A stretch of DNA of 47,509 bases from an uncultured Pseudomonadota bacterium (GCA_949295395.1 CASFLB010000001.1:1-47509); one strand, 5' to 3'; positions 17,694-28,418 are shown, counted from the first letter of the stretch. Notes: generated from the sequence alone by a model not told the origin. Translations and numbers: made by a program.

Positions 17694-19931
17694 TTAGTCT
17701 TCTTTCAGGAACTTGTTGCTCTTTGGGAAGCCAAATGGTGCTAATTTTCCTATTTGTGCACGATGTCCGAGCCATGTTAACAACTCCGTTTCGGTCTTGG
17801 TTCCACCGGCCCTTGTGTATGTAAATCCTTCTTCTTGCTTAAATATTTGCAAATCAGACAGACCCCCGTCTTTGTACTTTTGCAAGGTTACTCCTCGACC
17901 TCTTGCCATGGTTGGAATTTCTTCTATTTTGAAAACCAACAATTTGCGATTTTCACCAATTATGGCAATCATATCTCCGGTTATTTTGCGACAGAAACGA
18001 GCGATCTCTCCTTCAGCAACATTCATGATTTTTCGACCGTTTTTGGTTTGTGCCAAAATATGGTTTTCATCAACGACAAAGCCTCGACCAATGTTTGAAG
18101 CTATAACATAGCTTGCTCCAGGCTCAAACACAAACATTGAACATACCGAATCTGATATACCTAAATCTATCATCAAACGTAAAGGTTGCCCAAAACCACG
18201 GCCGCTCGGAATTTCGTTCGCAGCTATTGTATAGAATTTACCTGCCGTGTCGAAAATTATAATTTTATCGGTTGTTTGTGCGTGAATGGCTATTTGTAAG
18301 GCATCATCATCTTTAAACTTGAAGTCTTCGTTCAAATCGACATAGCCTTTTAAACATCTTATCCATCCTTTTTGCGATAAAATGATTGTAATTGGTTCTT
18401 TTTCAATTATCGCTTCCAAAGGAACTTCTACCTCTTCTGAAACTTCGGCAAATTCTGTTCGGCGGCGGCCCAAAGCTGTCTTTTTACCAAACTTTTCTTT
18501 AATTTGCTTGATTTCTCCGGCAATAGCTTCCCAACGCTTTGCTTCGCTACCGATTAATTCTTCTAATTGCTCCTTTTCGGCACTTAAGTCATTATATTCT
18601 TCGCGGATTTCTTCTTCTTCCAACTTGCGAAGGGAACGTAATTTCATGTTCAAAATGGCTTCAGCTTGATTTTCAGTTAAGCCAAAACGCGCCATCATGG
18701 CTCCCTTGGCATCGTCTTCTTCTCGGATGATTCTTATGATTTCATCCAAATTTAAATAAGCTATTAAATATCCTGATAAAATCTCAAGACGTGCGTTTAT
18801 TTTATCTAACCGATATTTAACACGTCTTTGCAAGACTATATGTCGATGATCAAGAAATTCACGCAATACCTGTTTGATATCCATGACATGAGGAACACCT
18901 TCATGGTCTAAGACATTCATGTTCATACTAAAACGTGTTTCCAAGTCGGTTTGGCGAAACAGATGCTCCATCAATAAATTCGCGTCAACCGTTCTATTTT
19001 TGGGCTCAAGAACAATACGGATATCCTGGGCCGATTCATCTCTGACATCGGAAAGTAGTGGGACTTTCTTTTCAAACAAAAGTTCGGCAATTTTTTCAAT
19101 TAATTTTGATTTTATAACCTGATATGGAATTTCTTTTACCACAATTTGGTATTGTCCATGACCCAAGTCTTCAGTTTCCCACTTGGCTCGAATTCGGAAA
19201 AAGCCTTTACCTTGTTTGTAATTGTTCAAAATTGTATCAAATTTATCGACGATGACGCCTCCTGTTGGAAAATCAGGCCCTTTTATTCTTTTGACTAACG
19301 GTTCTAATTCGCAATCAGGATTTTCAATTAAATAGAGCAAGGCGTCACATACTTCGCTTAAGTTGTGTGGAGGAATATTTGTGGCCATTCCAACGGCAAT
19401 ACCCGTTGAACCGTTGCAAAGCAAATTCGGTACCATTGACGGCATAACGACAGGTTCTTCTTCCTCTCCGTCATAAGTTTCTCGGAAATCGACGGCATTT
19501 TCATTCAGCCCTTCCATTAAAGCCATGGCAAATTCGGTTAAGCGGGCCTCCGTATATCGCATAGCGGCGGCTCCGTCACCATCAATATTACCAAAATTGC
19601 CTTGACCATCTACTAAAGGATAACGAACCGAAAAATCTTGAGCCAATCTAACCATTGCACCGTAAACAGCTGTATCTCCGTGGGGATGGTATTTACCGAT
19701 AACGTCACCAACTACTCGGGCGCATTTTTTGAAGCCTGACTTTGGATCAAGATGCAGTTGTCTCATGGCGAACAGTAAACGACGATGCACAGGCTTTAAG
19801 CCATCTCGAACGTCTGGAAGTGAACGCGATACAATGGTTGACATTGCGTAAGACAAATAGCGGCTACTTAGCTCTTCAGCCAGATGGACGCTTTTTATTT
19901 TTTCTTCATTTTCAATAGGTTGTTCTGTCAT
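17694..19931 (-). CDS. parC: DNA topoisomerase IV subunit A
   Basis: 745 aa. Motifs: [20 protein letters not shown] active-site Tyr, short CTD without a GyrA box and no acidic tail. A separate gyrA is present in the window. Confidence 0.92.
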   Translation of the reverse strand: MTEQPIENEEKIKSVHLAEELSSRYLSYAMSTIVSRSLPDVRDGLKPVHRRLLFAMRQLHLDPKSGFKKCARVVGDVIGKYHPHGDTAVYGAMVRLAQDFSVRYPLVDGQGNFGNIDGDGAAAMRYTEARLTEFAMALMEGLNENAVDFRETYDGEEEEPVVMPSMVPNLLCNGSTGIAVGMATNIPPHNLSEVCDALLYLIENPDCELEPLVKRIKGPDFPTGGVIVDKFDTILNNYKQGKGFFRIRAKWETEDLGHGQYQIVVKEIPYQVIKSKLIEKIAELLFEKKVPLLSDVRDESAQDIRIVLEPKNRTVDANLLMEHLFRQTDLETRFSMNMNVLDHEGVPHVMDIKQVLREFLDHRHIVLQRRVKYRLDKINARLEILSGYLIAYLNLDEIIRIIREEDDAKGAMMARFGLTENQAEAILNMKLRSLRKLEEEEIREEYNDLSAEKEQLEELIGSEAKRWEAIAGEIKQIKEKFGKKTALGRRRTEFAEVSEEVEVPLEAIIEKEPITIILSQKGWIRCLKGYVDLNEDFKFKDDDALQIAIHAQTTDKIIIFDTAGKFYTIAANEIPSGRGFGQPLRLMIDLGISDSVCSMFVFEPGASYVIASNIGRGFVVDENHILAQTKNGRKIMNVAEGEIARFCRKITGDMIAIIGENRKLLVFKIEEIPTMARGRGVTLQKYKDGGLSDLQIFKQEEGFTYTRAGGTKTETELLTWLGHRAQIGKLAPFGFPKSNKFLKED

Positions 19932-19951
19932 CTTGATTTTTGCTTCACTGA

Positions 19952-20668
19952 TTAAAGTTGCATAATATGTCGCAAATTAGCACGGTTTTCAGGAAATTTC
20001 AAGCCATGTGCTTGAAAAAAATTTTTATTTAGGAAAAACTCTGTTAATTTCAAAACTTCTCTTATTTCTTGTGAAGGTGGATTCTCTTTTTTTTCAATAA
20101 CATACTTTGGATAGAGAAATAATCTGTCGGCATAAGGCGCTCCGGCTTGAGCGCACACCGCTTTTCCGCTGTTTGGGGATATATATTTCAGGTTTTCTTT
20201 CGTACCGGTTGCGGCACATTCGCTTAAATCAAGCCCTATTCCCAAATATTCTAAAAGGTAAAATTCAAAGTAAGAATAATAAACCTTCCAATTTTCTTGA
20301 AGTATATTATTAAAAAATGTTTCTATTATATTGTAAAACCTTCCAATATTTTCTTTTTCTGGTAGGCAAATGTTACATAGCTCACATAAAGAACTTAAGG
20401 CTGAAAGCTTGGCCTCATCGCTCATAAAATTGACAGCTTCTGCTTTTAGTAAATCGACATGAAAGCTATACAAATCTTCTTCCAATCGAGCGTAGGCGTT
20501 TAAACTTACACTATTACCTAACTGATAAATCCCGTTTTTTTTACTATTAAAGGCATTTTTAACATAGCCGCTTATTTTACCATTTGAGCGGGTTAATACT
20601 GTTAATATTAACCCGCTTTCTCCATGGCGTCGTGACTTTATTATGTATCCTTCATCCGAAAATTGCAT
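19952..20668 (-). CDS. recO: DNA repair protein RecO
   Basis: 238 aa. The N-terminal OB-fold pattern (DEGYIIKSRRHGESGLILTVLTRSNGKISGYVK) and overall length are typical of RecO. Confidence 0.8.
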   Translation of the reverse strand: MQFSDEGYIIKSRRHGESGLILTVLTRSNGKISGYVKNAFNSKKNGIYQLGNSVSLNAYARLEEDLYSFHVDLLKAEAVNFMSDEAKLSALSSLCELCNICLPEKENIGRFYNIIETFFNNILQENWKVYYSYFEFYLLEYLGIGLDLSECAATGTKENLKYISPNSGKAVCAQAGAPYADRLFLYPKYVIEKKENPPSQEIREVLKLTEFFLNKNFFQAHGLKFPENRANLRHIMQL

Positions 20669-20670
20669 TT

Positions 20671-21519
20671 TTAATATTCAAGCTTAATTACATTTTTTGT
20701 AATCTTATCATAAGCTTGTAATTCACTTAATACGCGCTTCATTTCGTTTAATGGAATCATGTTCGGTCCGTCTGACAAAGCCTTATCCGGATTGTCATGC
20801 GTTTCAATAAATACGGCAGCGACACCAACGGCGACAGCGGCTCGCGCCAATACCGGTGCGTATTCTCTTTGCCCCCCGGAACTTCCTCCTAATCCTCCCG
20901 GTTGCTGTACCGAGTGGGTCGCGTCAAATATTATCGGACAACCTGTATCTTTTGCCATACGGGGTAGCCCTCTGAAATCTGTTACCAAGGTATTGTAACC
21001 AAAGCTGGCGCCTCTTTCTGTTATGCAGACATTCATATTTCCACTGTCTTCAGCTTTTTTAACAATGTTTTTCATGTCCCAAGGCGCTAAAAATTGTCCT
21101 TTTTTTATGTTAACAACCTTCCCTGTTTTAGCGGCAGCAACGACCAAATCGGTTTGACGACATAAAAATGCCGGTATTTGCAGAATGTCGACATGAGGGG
21201 CAACAATGGCACATTGTTCTTTTTCATGAATATCGGTTACAATCGGAATATTGTTATATAACTTTTTAATCTCGTCAAATGTTCTTATACCTTCATCCAA
21301 ACCGACACCACGAGGCCCGTTAATTGATGTGCGATTGGCCTTATCAAAAGAAGCCTTAAAAACATAATTTATGCCCAGTTCTTTTGTAATTTCGACCATA
21401 CTTCCGGCCATATCAATGGCGTGTTGTCTACTCTCTATTTGACAAGGCCCCGCCAATAACGCTATCGGAAGATGATTTGCAATTTCAAAATTCCCTATTT
21501 TTATGCTTCTTTGTTCCAT
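20671..21519 (-). CDS. kdsA: 3-deoxy-8-phosphooctulonate synthase
   Basis: 282 aa. KdsA motifs: GPCQIES, FKASFDKANRTS, DATHSVQQPGG. Confidence 0.93.
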   Translation of the reverse strand: MEQRSIKIGNFEIANHLPIALLAGPCQIESRQHAIDMAGSMVEITKELGINYVFKASFDKANRTSINGPRGVGLDEGIRTFDEIKKLYNNIPIVTDIHEKEQCAIVAPHVDILQIPAFLCRQTDLVVAAAKTGKVVNIKKGQFLAPWDMKNIVKKAEDSGNMNVCITERGASFGYNTLVTDFRGLPRMAKDTGCPIIFDATHSVQQPGGLGGSSGGQREYAPVLARAAVAVGVAAVFIETHDNPDKALSDGPNMIPLNEMKRVLSELQAYDKITKNVIKLEY

Positions 21520-21589
21520 TGTGTTGTCCTTCTATATTTAAACATATGCTTAATATATTTTCTAAACTAAAATAATTTTTCGTCAACAA

Positions 21590-21616
21590 AAAAAACAGGG
21601 TTTCCCCTGTTTTTTT
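21590..21616. terminator. bidirectional Rho-independent terminator
   Basis: ACAGGG (21595-21600) pairs with CCCTGT (21605-21610) around loop TTTC, extended by an A-run on the left and a T-run on the right. It overlaps the stop of the 344-aa ORF. Confidence 0.7.
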
Positions 21617-22649
21617 AGAACTTGTACAGCTGTTGAAGCTTAGGCAAATGCTCGTTTACCAATAGATTAATTGTTTTCTGAGCTCCAAGATTTCCATCTT
21701 TAGCTTGAAAATCGTAGCTTCTTAAAAACCTTTTCCAATCTGCTGTCAAAACTTTACCTTGATGCTTTTGGCGCAAGACTTCAATGCTGCTGTCAATATA
21801 ATATACGGCCAAATCTCGATCATATATTTTAACTTCATCTTCCGGTATCGTATAAATGTCCGTGTTTTTCGAGATATTTTCTTGAGCGTATATTACGCGA
21901 TGTTGTGGAACGAATAATAAGTGACGTCCTCTATCCAAGCTCTCCATGTCTTCATCATCTATAATGTTAATCACTTTAGCTTGGAAGCTTTTCAGCATTT
22001 TTTGAGTAGCAAAACTATCTTCTCTCTTTCCGGCATTGTGATGCTGAACAATGGTAATTCCGGGCATTTCGCCATACAAACGCTGTATTTCATGGGCTGC
22101 ATATGCCGCATAAACACCTGATACCAAAGCATCTCCGTAGACAATCAAGTTGTTGTACTTTTTTATGTCTTGTCTGGCAAGCATTTTGTCTGAAAAGCTG
22201 CTCTTTTGATATTGAGCAAGTTCGTTTTCCGCAAACAAGCCTTTGTGTTGATATACCTTTTGCAAGTTATCCGTTAAGGCTTGCTGTGAAATACCGTATA
22301 CATTTTCAAACTCAGGCGACATAAATTCTGACATAAAAATCTCGGGAGAACTTATGACAACCCCAATTTGTTCGGGAAATGCTTTTTGCATTAATCTTAC
22401 GGTATTTTTTACCTGTTCAGCCTCTTCAGCTCTTAGCGATGTGCTACCCAAATCTATACCATCAAGCATATGAGGTTTCATTTTTCCTCGTTGCAGAATA
22501 TCATTTATCTGCCGCGCTTCTTGGCTTTTGTCACTCACGAACCACTCAGCCTCGAGGGCTTTGCAGCTTAATAATTCGTAACACTCTTTTTTTATCGGAA
22601 ATTGCTCGCTCATTTGCTTAAGCATTTCCGCAAACGTTTTTTTCTTCAT
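21615..22649 (-). CDS. hypothetical protein (344 aa, no recognisable domain)
   Basis: Long ORF on the gene-dense strand with an ATG start and its own terminator. It has no signal peptide or TM, and I recognise no family motifs. Confidence 0.65.
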   Translation of the reverse strand: MKKKTFAEMLKQMSEQFPIKKECYELLSCKALEAEWFVSDKSQEARQINDILQRGKMKPHMLDGIDLGSTSLRAEEAEQVKNTVRLMQKAFPEQIGVVISSPEIFMSEFMSPEFENVYGISQQALTDNLQKVYQHKGLFAENELAQYQKSSFSDKMLARQDIKKYNNLIVYGDALVSGVYAAYAAHEIQRLYGEMPGITIVQHHNAGKREDSFATQKMLKSFQAKVINIIDDEDMESLDRGRHLLFVPQHRVIYAQENISKNTDIYTIPEDEVKIYDRDLAVYYIDSSIEVLRQKHQGKVLTADWKRFLRSYDFQAKDGNLGAQKTINLLVNEHLPKLQQLYKF

Positions 22650-22735
22650 AATTGTAAAGTATTAAATAATTTAACATAGTGATAACTAAAACCTCTATGT
22701 CTATAAACCCTTATTTTCGTTTTGGCAAGATAAAT

Positions 22736-23335
22736 TTAATTAATTCGGTATCTGAACCATGTAAACAGAACATTTCCGTCATTTTTAACACCCGGAACAT
22801 AGGCGGCCTGAATTGCAAAACGTCCATATTCGACACCGGCAATCGGCAAAGGCAACGGAACCGGAATATAACTGTATTCATGACGTTGTGTTACACCAAC
22901 CGTAAAGCCAAGTCCTACTCTAAAATCTCGATTACAATTGACAAACCAATTTTTTTGATATGCATAGCCAAACATTGTTTCAAGGTATGAATTTGAATCC
23001 TTAAAAGCGATAGCGTATAATCCGTGCCAATCGCCATCTTTATCATAGCGATATTTTCCTATTCCCAAGCCCCATGCCTCTTCATTGTATTTATCAATAT
23101 GTTCATCGTCATAGGTTAGTCTGTTGTGCCAAGCATAAAATGGAATGTATAAATCATAGGTATCGGAATTCCAGGTTTCTGATATATTATATTTTGCTTT
23201 GTTCCAGATGTTTTCTCTACCTTGCTCTGTGAATGGATTAATTGATTCATCTTCTGTTGTTTCTTTAGCTTGCACATTGGATAAAAAAACAAGCGTTATT
23301 AAACTCAAAACAGCGGCCAATTTGTTTTTTTTCAT
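22736..23335 (-). CDS. pagP: lipid A palmitoyltransferase PagP
   Basis: 199 aa with a signal peptide. It aligns along its length with E. coli PagP: YDLYIPFYAWHNRLTYD vs YDLYIPAITWHARFAYD, WHGLYAIAFKDSN vs WHGLYAMAFKDSW, GLGFTVGVT vs GLGFTAGVT, GNVLFTWFRY vs GNVYFAWMRF. Catalytic His and Asp-Ser are retained. Confidence 0.88.
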   Translation of the reverse strand: MKKNKLAAVLSLITLVFLSNVQAKETTEDESINPFTEQGRENIWNKAKYNISETWNSDTYDLYIPFYAWHNRLTYDDEHIDKYNEEAWGLGIGKYRYDKDGDWHGLYAIAFKDSNSYLETMFGYAYQKNWFVNCNRDFRVGLGFTVGVTQRHEYSYIPVPLPLPIAGVEYGRFAIQAAYVPGVKNDGNVLFTWFRYRIN

Positions 23336-23417
23336 CTTTACCTTCTTTTTTATACCATAATTTTCTTGTTTTTCTATTTATCAAACTTTTCTTTTTTTAG
23401 CAATGACTTAAATATAA

Positions 23418-23449
23418 AAAATGCCCATACCGTGTGATATAGGCATTTT
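23418..23449 (-). terminator. hairpin terminator candidate downstream of pyrG
   Basis: AAAATGCC (23418-23425) pairs with GGCATTTT (23442-23449) around a 16-nt loop, followed on the minus strand by TTATATTT. Confidence 0.5.
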
Positions 23450-23468
23450 ATCTTTTCTTTTCAATCCA

Positions 23469-25136
23469 TTATATTAATCTACTGTTGTTAATTGATGCTT
23501 TTATAAAAGATACAAATAACGGATGTGGCGCAAATGGACGCGACTTTAATTCCGGATGGAATTGTACGCCAATAAACCACGGATGATCTTTTATCTCAAC
23601 AATTTCAGGAAGTTTTCCATCCGGAGAGCGTCCCGAAATACTCATTCCACTTTTGTTGAGAATGCTCTCGTACTTTATATTAACTTCGTAGCGATGGCGA
23701 TGTCTTTCTGAAATTTTTTGACTTCCATATATTTGAGCAACTTTAGAACCATTTTCCAGCTCACATTCATAAGCTCCTAATCTCATGGTTCCTCCTAAAT
23801 CGCCGTTTTTATGGCGGATTTGCTTTGCTCCATCTTTATCCCATTCGGTCATTAAGCCGACAACGGCTTCACAATCCGGTGCAAATTCCGTCGTTCCTGC
23901 ATTTTTGATGCCGGCGACATCTCTCATTGTTTCAATAACGGCCATTTGCATTCCAAAACAGATACCCAAAAACGGAACTTTATGCTCTCTAGCATATTTT
24001 ATGGCCTTGATCTTTCCTTCCGTTCCGCGTTGACCGAACCCTCCTGGGACCAGTATGCCGCTGACATCACTTAATTCATCTTCCGGGTCTTCACTTTCAA
24101 GCTTTTCTGAATCTATCCACTTGATTTTTACTTTATAATTATTGGCAATACCACCATGGACAAGAGCTTCATTTAATGACTTATAGGCTTCAAGCAACTG
24201 TGTGTATTTTCCAACAACGCCGATTGTTACCGTTCCTTCAGGATTTCTTAAAACATTGACAATATGCTCCCATTTACTTAAATCTGCCGGCGGAATGTCT
24301 GTCAAGCCAAAATAGCGACAAACGGCACGATCCATCCCCTCTTTTGAATAATTTATCGGAACTTCATAGATGCTTCCGGCATCTAAAGCTGCGATAACAT
24401 TTTCTTCTTTCACATTACAAAAAAGGGCAATTTTTCTTTTTTCGTTTTCAGGAATTTGTATCGGACTGCGGCATAAAATCATATCCGGCTGGATACCATA
24501 TTCTTGTAACTGTTTAACCGAGTGTTGGGTTGGCTTGGTTTTTAACTCTCCGGCCGCTGCAATATAAGGCAACAAGGTTACATGGACAAACATTATTCTT
24601 TCTCGTCCTAACTCATAGGCTAATTGTCTGATGGCCTCTAAATATGGTTGTCCTTCTATATCACCAACCGTTCCGCCTATTTCGCACAAAACAAAATCTT
24701 CATCAGTTATATCGGATAAAATAAAATCCTTAATTTCATTTGTGACATGAGGAACGACTTGAATGGTTGCCCCCAAATAATCACCATGACGCTCTTTATC
24801 TATTACTCTTTGATAAATAATTCCAGTGGTTACACTATCTGCTCTTTTGGCAGGGACACCAGAAAAACGCTCATAGTGTCCTAAGTCTAAGTCTGCTTCC
24901 GTACCATCATCGGTTACGAAAACCTCTCCATGTTGATAAGGGCTCATGGTTCCGGGGTCAACATTGAGATAAGGGTCTAATTTGCGTAATCTTACTTTGA
25001 AGCCACGTGATTGTAGTATTGAGGCTAATGACGCTGAAGCCAAGCCCTTGCCCAATGATGAAACTACTCCTCCGGTGATGAATATAAATTTAGCTTTATG
25101 TGATAAAATGTTATCTATTTTTTCGTTTATGGTCAT
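23469..25136 (-). CDS. pyrG: CTP synthase
   Basis: 555 aa. Motifs: [16 protein letters not shown], GATase domain GICFGMQ, HRHRYE. Confidence 0.96.
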   Translation of the reverse strand: MTINEKIDNILSHKAKFIFITGGVVSSLGKGLASASLASILQSRGFKVRLRKLDPYLNVDPGTMSPYQHGEVFVTDDGTEADLDLGHYERFSGVPAKRADSVTTGIIYQRVIDKERHGDYLGATIQVVPHVTNEIKDFILSDITDEDFVLCEIGGTVGDIEGQPYLEAIRQLAYELGRERIMFVHVTLLPYIAAAGELKTKPTQHSVKQLQEYGIQPDMILCRSPIQIPENEKRKIALFCNVKEENVIAALDAGSIYEVPINYSKEGMDRAVCRYFGLTDIPPADLSKWEHIVNVLRNPEGTVTIGVVGKYTQLLEAYKSLNEALVHGGIANNYKVKIKWIDSEKLESEDPEDELSDVSGILVPGGFGQRGTEGKIKAIKYAREHKVPFLGICFGMQMAVIETMRDVAGIKNAGTTEFAPDCEAVVGLMTEWDKDGAKQIRHKNGDLGGTMRLGAYECELENGSKVAQIYGSQKISERHRHRYEVNIKYESILNKSGMSISGRSPDGKLPEIVEIKDHPWFIGVQFHPELKSRPFAPHPLFVSFIKASINNSRLI

Positions 25137-25161
25137 CGTTCTTTCCTAGTATTTAAAGTGA

Positions 25162-25191
25162 CAAAGGCACCTTATTTTTTCGGTGCCTTTG
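25162..25191 (-). terminator. 10-bp hairpin downstream of secG (terminator candidate)
   Basis: CAAAGGCACC (25162-25171) pairs with GGTGCCTTTG (25182-25191) around a 10-nt loop. The minus-strand U-tract is weak (TCACTTTA). Confidence 0.45.
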
Positions 25192-25213
25192 CTATGGTTG
25201 ATTGATTTATCAT

Positions 25214-25534
25214 CTATTTATCTGCCGTTGGAACGCTCGGAACTTCCGGTTGGGTTTCGGCCGCTGCCGGCGGTGTATCAATTATTGAGTTTGCTTTACG
25301 CTCAACATTTTTGTAATACAACGACAAAGATATGCTGGTGATAAAAAATATGGTTGCCAAAATAGCTGTTGTCTTTGTTAAAAAGTTGCTCGTTCCTCTA
25401 GCACTTAAAAAATTGCTTGCTCCGGATCCGCCGCCCAAGCCGTCTAATGCTCCACCGCCCGAACGTTGCATTAAGATAAAGCAAACCAAAAAGATTGCTG
25501 TTAATAAGTGTAAGACAAGTAATACTGTTTCCAT
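25214..25534 (-). CDS. secG: preprotein translocase subunit SecG
   Basis: 106 aa with two TM helices and a central Gly-rich loop (RSGGGALDGLGGGSGASNF). It sits between tpiA and pyrG. Confidence 0.85.
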   Translation of the reverse strand: METVLLVLHLLTAIFLVCFILMQRSGGGALDGLGGGSGASNFLSARGTSNFLTKTTAILATIFFITSISLSLYYKNVERKANSIIDTPPAAAETQPEVPSVPTADK

Positions 25535-25549
25535 CTTTTTTCCTTTTCT

Positions 25550-26314
25550 TTAGCAAGCGCCTGAATTCTTGGCAATATTAATAAAATCTTCAACCTTCAG
25601 GCTGGCGCCGCCGATTAAAGCTCCGTCGACATCTTCTAAGCTTAAGAGTTCTTTCGCGTTGTTCGGCTTTACGGATCCGCCGTATAAAATTCTCATACGG
25701 TTTGCATTGCCTTTACCCAATTTTTTAGCCAAAGTTTTACGAATTGCCGCATGAACTTCTTCGACATCCTTTGTGGTTGGAACTTTTCCTGTGCCAATTG
25801 CCCATACCGGTTCATAAGCAATGACGGTGTTTTGCCATGTGGCGCTTTCCGGAACAGAATCGAGAATCTGTTTGGTGCAGACATCAAGTGCCTTGCCTGC
25901 ATCGCGTTCGACTAAGGTTTCACCAACACAGATAACAGCCTTTAACCCTTGTCCGTATGCGGCTTGAGCCTTGGTATTGACCAACTCGTTGCTTTCTCCA
26001 TGATCAGCTCTTCTTTCCGAGTGTCCGAGAATGACATACTGGCATCCGCAATCTTTTAACATTACCGGACTAATATCACCGGTATGAGCGCCCTTCTCTG
26101 CGATGTGACAATCTTGTGCACCAAGAGCAACTTTAGAGCCTCTTAAAGCCTTTTTAACCGTGGTTAACAAAGTAAACGGTGGGCAGACCAAAAATTCGCA
26201 TTGTGGTTTACCCATCTTTTTTACTTCTTCGGCAACACCTTTTGCAAGGGCAGCCCCGTCAGCCAATAAGCCGTTCATTTTCCAATTTCCGGCAATAAGC
26301 ATTTTTCTAGCCAT
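25550..26314 (-). CDS. tpiA: triosephosphate isomerase
   Basis: 254 aa. Motifs: AGNWKMNG, LGHSERR, AYEPVWAIGTG, GGASL. Confidence 0.95.
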   Translation of the reverse strand: MARKMLIAGNWKMNGLLADGAALAKGVAEEVKKMGKPQCEFLVCPPFTLLTTVKKALRGSKVALGAQDCHIAEKGAHTGDISPVMLKDCGCQYVILGHSERRADHGESNELVNTKAQAAYGQGLKAVICVGETLVERDAGKALDVCTKQILDSVPESATWQNTVIAYEPVWAIGTGKVPTTKDVEEVHAAIRKTLAKKLGKGNANRMRILYGGSVKPNNAKELLSLEDVDGALIGGASLKVEDFINIAKNSGAC

Positions 26315-26496
26315 GTTTTTTTCCTCTTTTTTTATCTATGATTGTGTGTTCTAACACATCTTTTTTTTATTTTCCAGTAAAAAAATCGATTGTTCTACTA
26401 TATTTGTTGTTAACGCTTCTTTAATTTGTGTTGAAGATTGTTACTTTTTATATTAAAGTCTTTCCAGTTTATTTTATTGAATAGGATTTTTTGGCC

Positions 26497-28362
26497 ATGA
26501 TGAGCAAAATTAGAAAAATGCAGGACAGTTGGGTTGCTAAGAGTATTTTTATCCTTACGGCGCTTAGCTTTATGTCTTTGTTTGGTATTTCGGGATATAT
26601 TTATAGCGCCGGACAGAATCGAACCGTCATTCAAGTTAATGATGTTGAAATCTCTCAAGGCGAAATCTCTTTTATGTATGAAAAAGAGCTTGCCAGTGCC
26701 CGTAAAATGTTTGGTGATAATATTGAAATTAATGATTCAATAAAAAATGCTTTGCTTCTTGGCATCGTTCAGCGAGAAGTTTCAAACGCTATCTTGCAAA
26801 CAACCGCACAGAAAGATGATGTTGTTATTGGAGATGACCTTATTCGTCAAATCATCTATTCCCAAAATGAGTTTATGAACGCTCAAGGCCAATTTGATCG
26901 CAATCGTTTTAATATGATGCTTGCGGCTACCGGTTGGAGTGAACAAGAATATATTCAGGCTTTGCGCTCTGATGTTTTACGCCAGATGTTGGTTCAAAAT
27001 CCGGTCAGAAGAATTAATGTCCCTGACTTTTTGACTGATTGGCTCGGAAAAATCGAAAATCAGAAACGCGTCTTCTCTTATGTAAAAATTGTTCCGCAAA
27101 ATCTTACAATCGGTCGTACCATCTCACAAGACGAGGTTGAACAATATTACAACGATTTTGCTGAGAACTTTATGGCCCCTGAAAGACGTGATGTTTCTTA
27201 TTTTGAACTATCAACAAATGATATTGCCGAAGCTTATACACCTTCTCAAGAGGAAATAAATGCTTATTATCAACAAAATATCACTTTATTCGAAACTCCT
27301 GAAAAACGTGATGTTTTGCAGATGGTTTTTGATTCGGAAGAAACCGCCAAACAAGCCAACAAAGAATTGACATCTGGAGCCGATTTCTTTGCTGTTGCAA
27401 AATCTTTGGCTCAACAAACGTCACAAGATACAAAGCTTGGAGCCATTTCAAAAGATATGCTGCTTGCTGAAGTTGCCGACGATGTCTTCTCTGCACCTCT
27501 CAATACAATAGTTGGACCGATTAAATCTGAATTCGGATGGCATATTTTCAAGGTAACGGCTGTTACGCCTGCCGAAAAGATGAATCGTAAAGAAGCGGAT
27601 AAAAAAGCTGCTGATGCCATTCGTAAAGAAAAGGCCTATGATACAGCTTATGAATTTGCTAATTCCGTTGAAGATAAAATCGGTGCCGGCCAATCTTTTG
27701 AACAAATCGCTAAAGAACTTAATGTCAAAGTTGTTTCGATCAACGGACTTAGTGAAGACGGTGCTTATAAAGGTTCTTCAGCAAAACTTCCTATGGATTT
27801 GGTTGATACCGCTTTTTCTTATAATGTCGGCGAAGTCAGTCAGGTTATTGAAACCGATAGCGGTTATGCTGTTTTGACAGTAAATAACATTGTTGAGGCT
27901 CATCTTTTACCTCTTGACGAAATTCGTCCTCAACTCGTTAAAATTTGGGAAAATAATGAGCGTGACGCTTTGGCTCAAGAAATGGTTAATGATATTACCT
28001 CTAACCTTGAAAATGGCGAAAAATTTTCGGATGTTGCTGCTCGACTTGGCTTGAAACTTCATGTTTCCAAACCAATTAAAAAGTCTGAAAGCTTTGAAAT
28101 GTTACCTTCATCACAAATTGCGGAATTGTTCCAAGATGAAGTTGGCGCCCCTCACCTCTTTGATAACGGTGATGCCAAAATTATTGCCGTTACCTCTGAG
28201 GTTGTTAAAGATACCCATAAGCTTTCTCAACAAGAAAAAGCTGACATCCGCAACAAAGTTCGCAATGAGCTTGTTTCTGAAGCGGCTGAGACCTTAACTC
28301 AGAGTTATGCTCAGGACTATGATGTTCGGGTTAAGTACAAGCTTCTCGGTTTGGCTGACTAA
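26497..28362 (+). CDS. ppiD: periplasmic chaperone / peptidyl-prolyl isomerase PpiD-like
   Basis: The track ORF starts at a TTG (26491). The ATG at 26497 lies 10 nt after AGGA. It has an N-terminal TM anchor (SIFILTALSFMSLFGISGYIY), a SurA-N-like region and a parvulin segment (...GPIKSEFGWHIFKV). Confidence 0.8.
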   Translation: MMSKIRKMQDSWVAKSIFILTALSFMSLFGISGYIYSAGQNRTVIQVNDVEISQGEISFMYEKELASARKMFGDNIEINDSIKNALLLGIVQREVSNAILQTTAQKDDVVIGDDLIRQIIYSQNEFMNAQGQFDRNRFNMMLAATGWSEQEYIQALRSDVLRQMLVQNPVRRINVPDFLTDWLGKIENQKRVFSYVKIVPQNLTIGRTISQDEVEQYYNDFAENFMAPERRDVSYFELSTNDIAEAYTPSQEEINAYYQQNITLFETPEKRDVLQMVFDSEETAKQANKELTSGADFFAVAKSLAQQTSQDTKLGAISKDMLLAEVADDVFSAPLNTIVGPIKSEFGWHIFKVTAVTPAEKMNRKEADKKAADAIRKEKAYDTAYEFANSVEDKIGAGQSFEQIAKELNVKVVSINGLSEDGAYKGSSAKLPMDLVDTAFSYNVGEVSQVIETDSGYAVLTVNNIVEAHLLPLDEIRPQLVKIWENNERDALAQEMVNDITSNLENGEKFSDVAARLGLKLHVSKPIKKSESFEMLPSSQIAELFQDEVGAPHLFDNGDAKIIAVTSEVVKDTHKLSQQEKADIRNKVRNELVSEAAETLTQSYAQDYDVRVKYKLLGLAD

Positions 28363-28383
28363 TCTTTTTAAACTGAGTTTGCT

Positions 28384-28418
28384 CTCCGCTTTTGTCCTTT
28401 CAAAAGCGGAGTTTTTTA
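28384..28418 (+). terminator. Rho-independent terminator of ppiD
   Basis: CTCCGCTTTTG (28384-28394) pairs with CAAAAGCGGAG (28401-28411) around a 6-nt loop, followed by TTTTTTATT. Confidence 0.85.

Noticed and set aside
26345-26358. A 6-2-6 palindrome, TGTGTT-CT-AACACA, lies just upstream of tpiA. A 6-1-6 palindrome, TATTAA-T-TTAATA, lies at 42662-42674 upstream of the repressor gene.
   Set aside because: These are short, single-copy palindromes in AT-rich spacers and are plausible by chance. I could not find a second copy or a partner motif.
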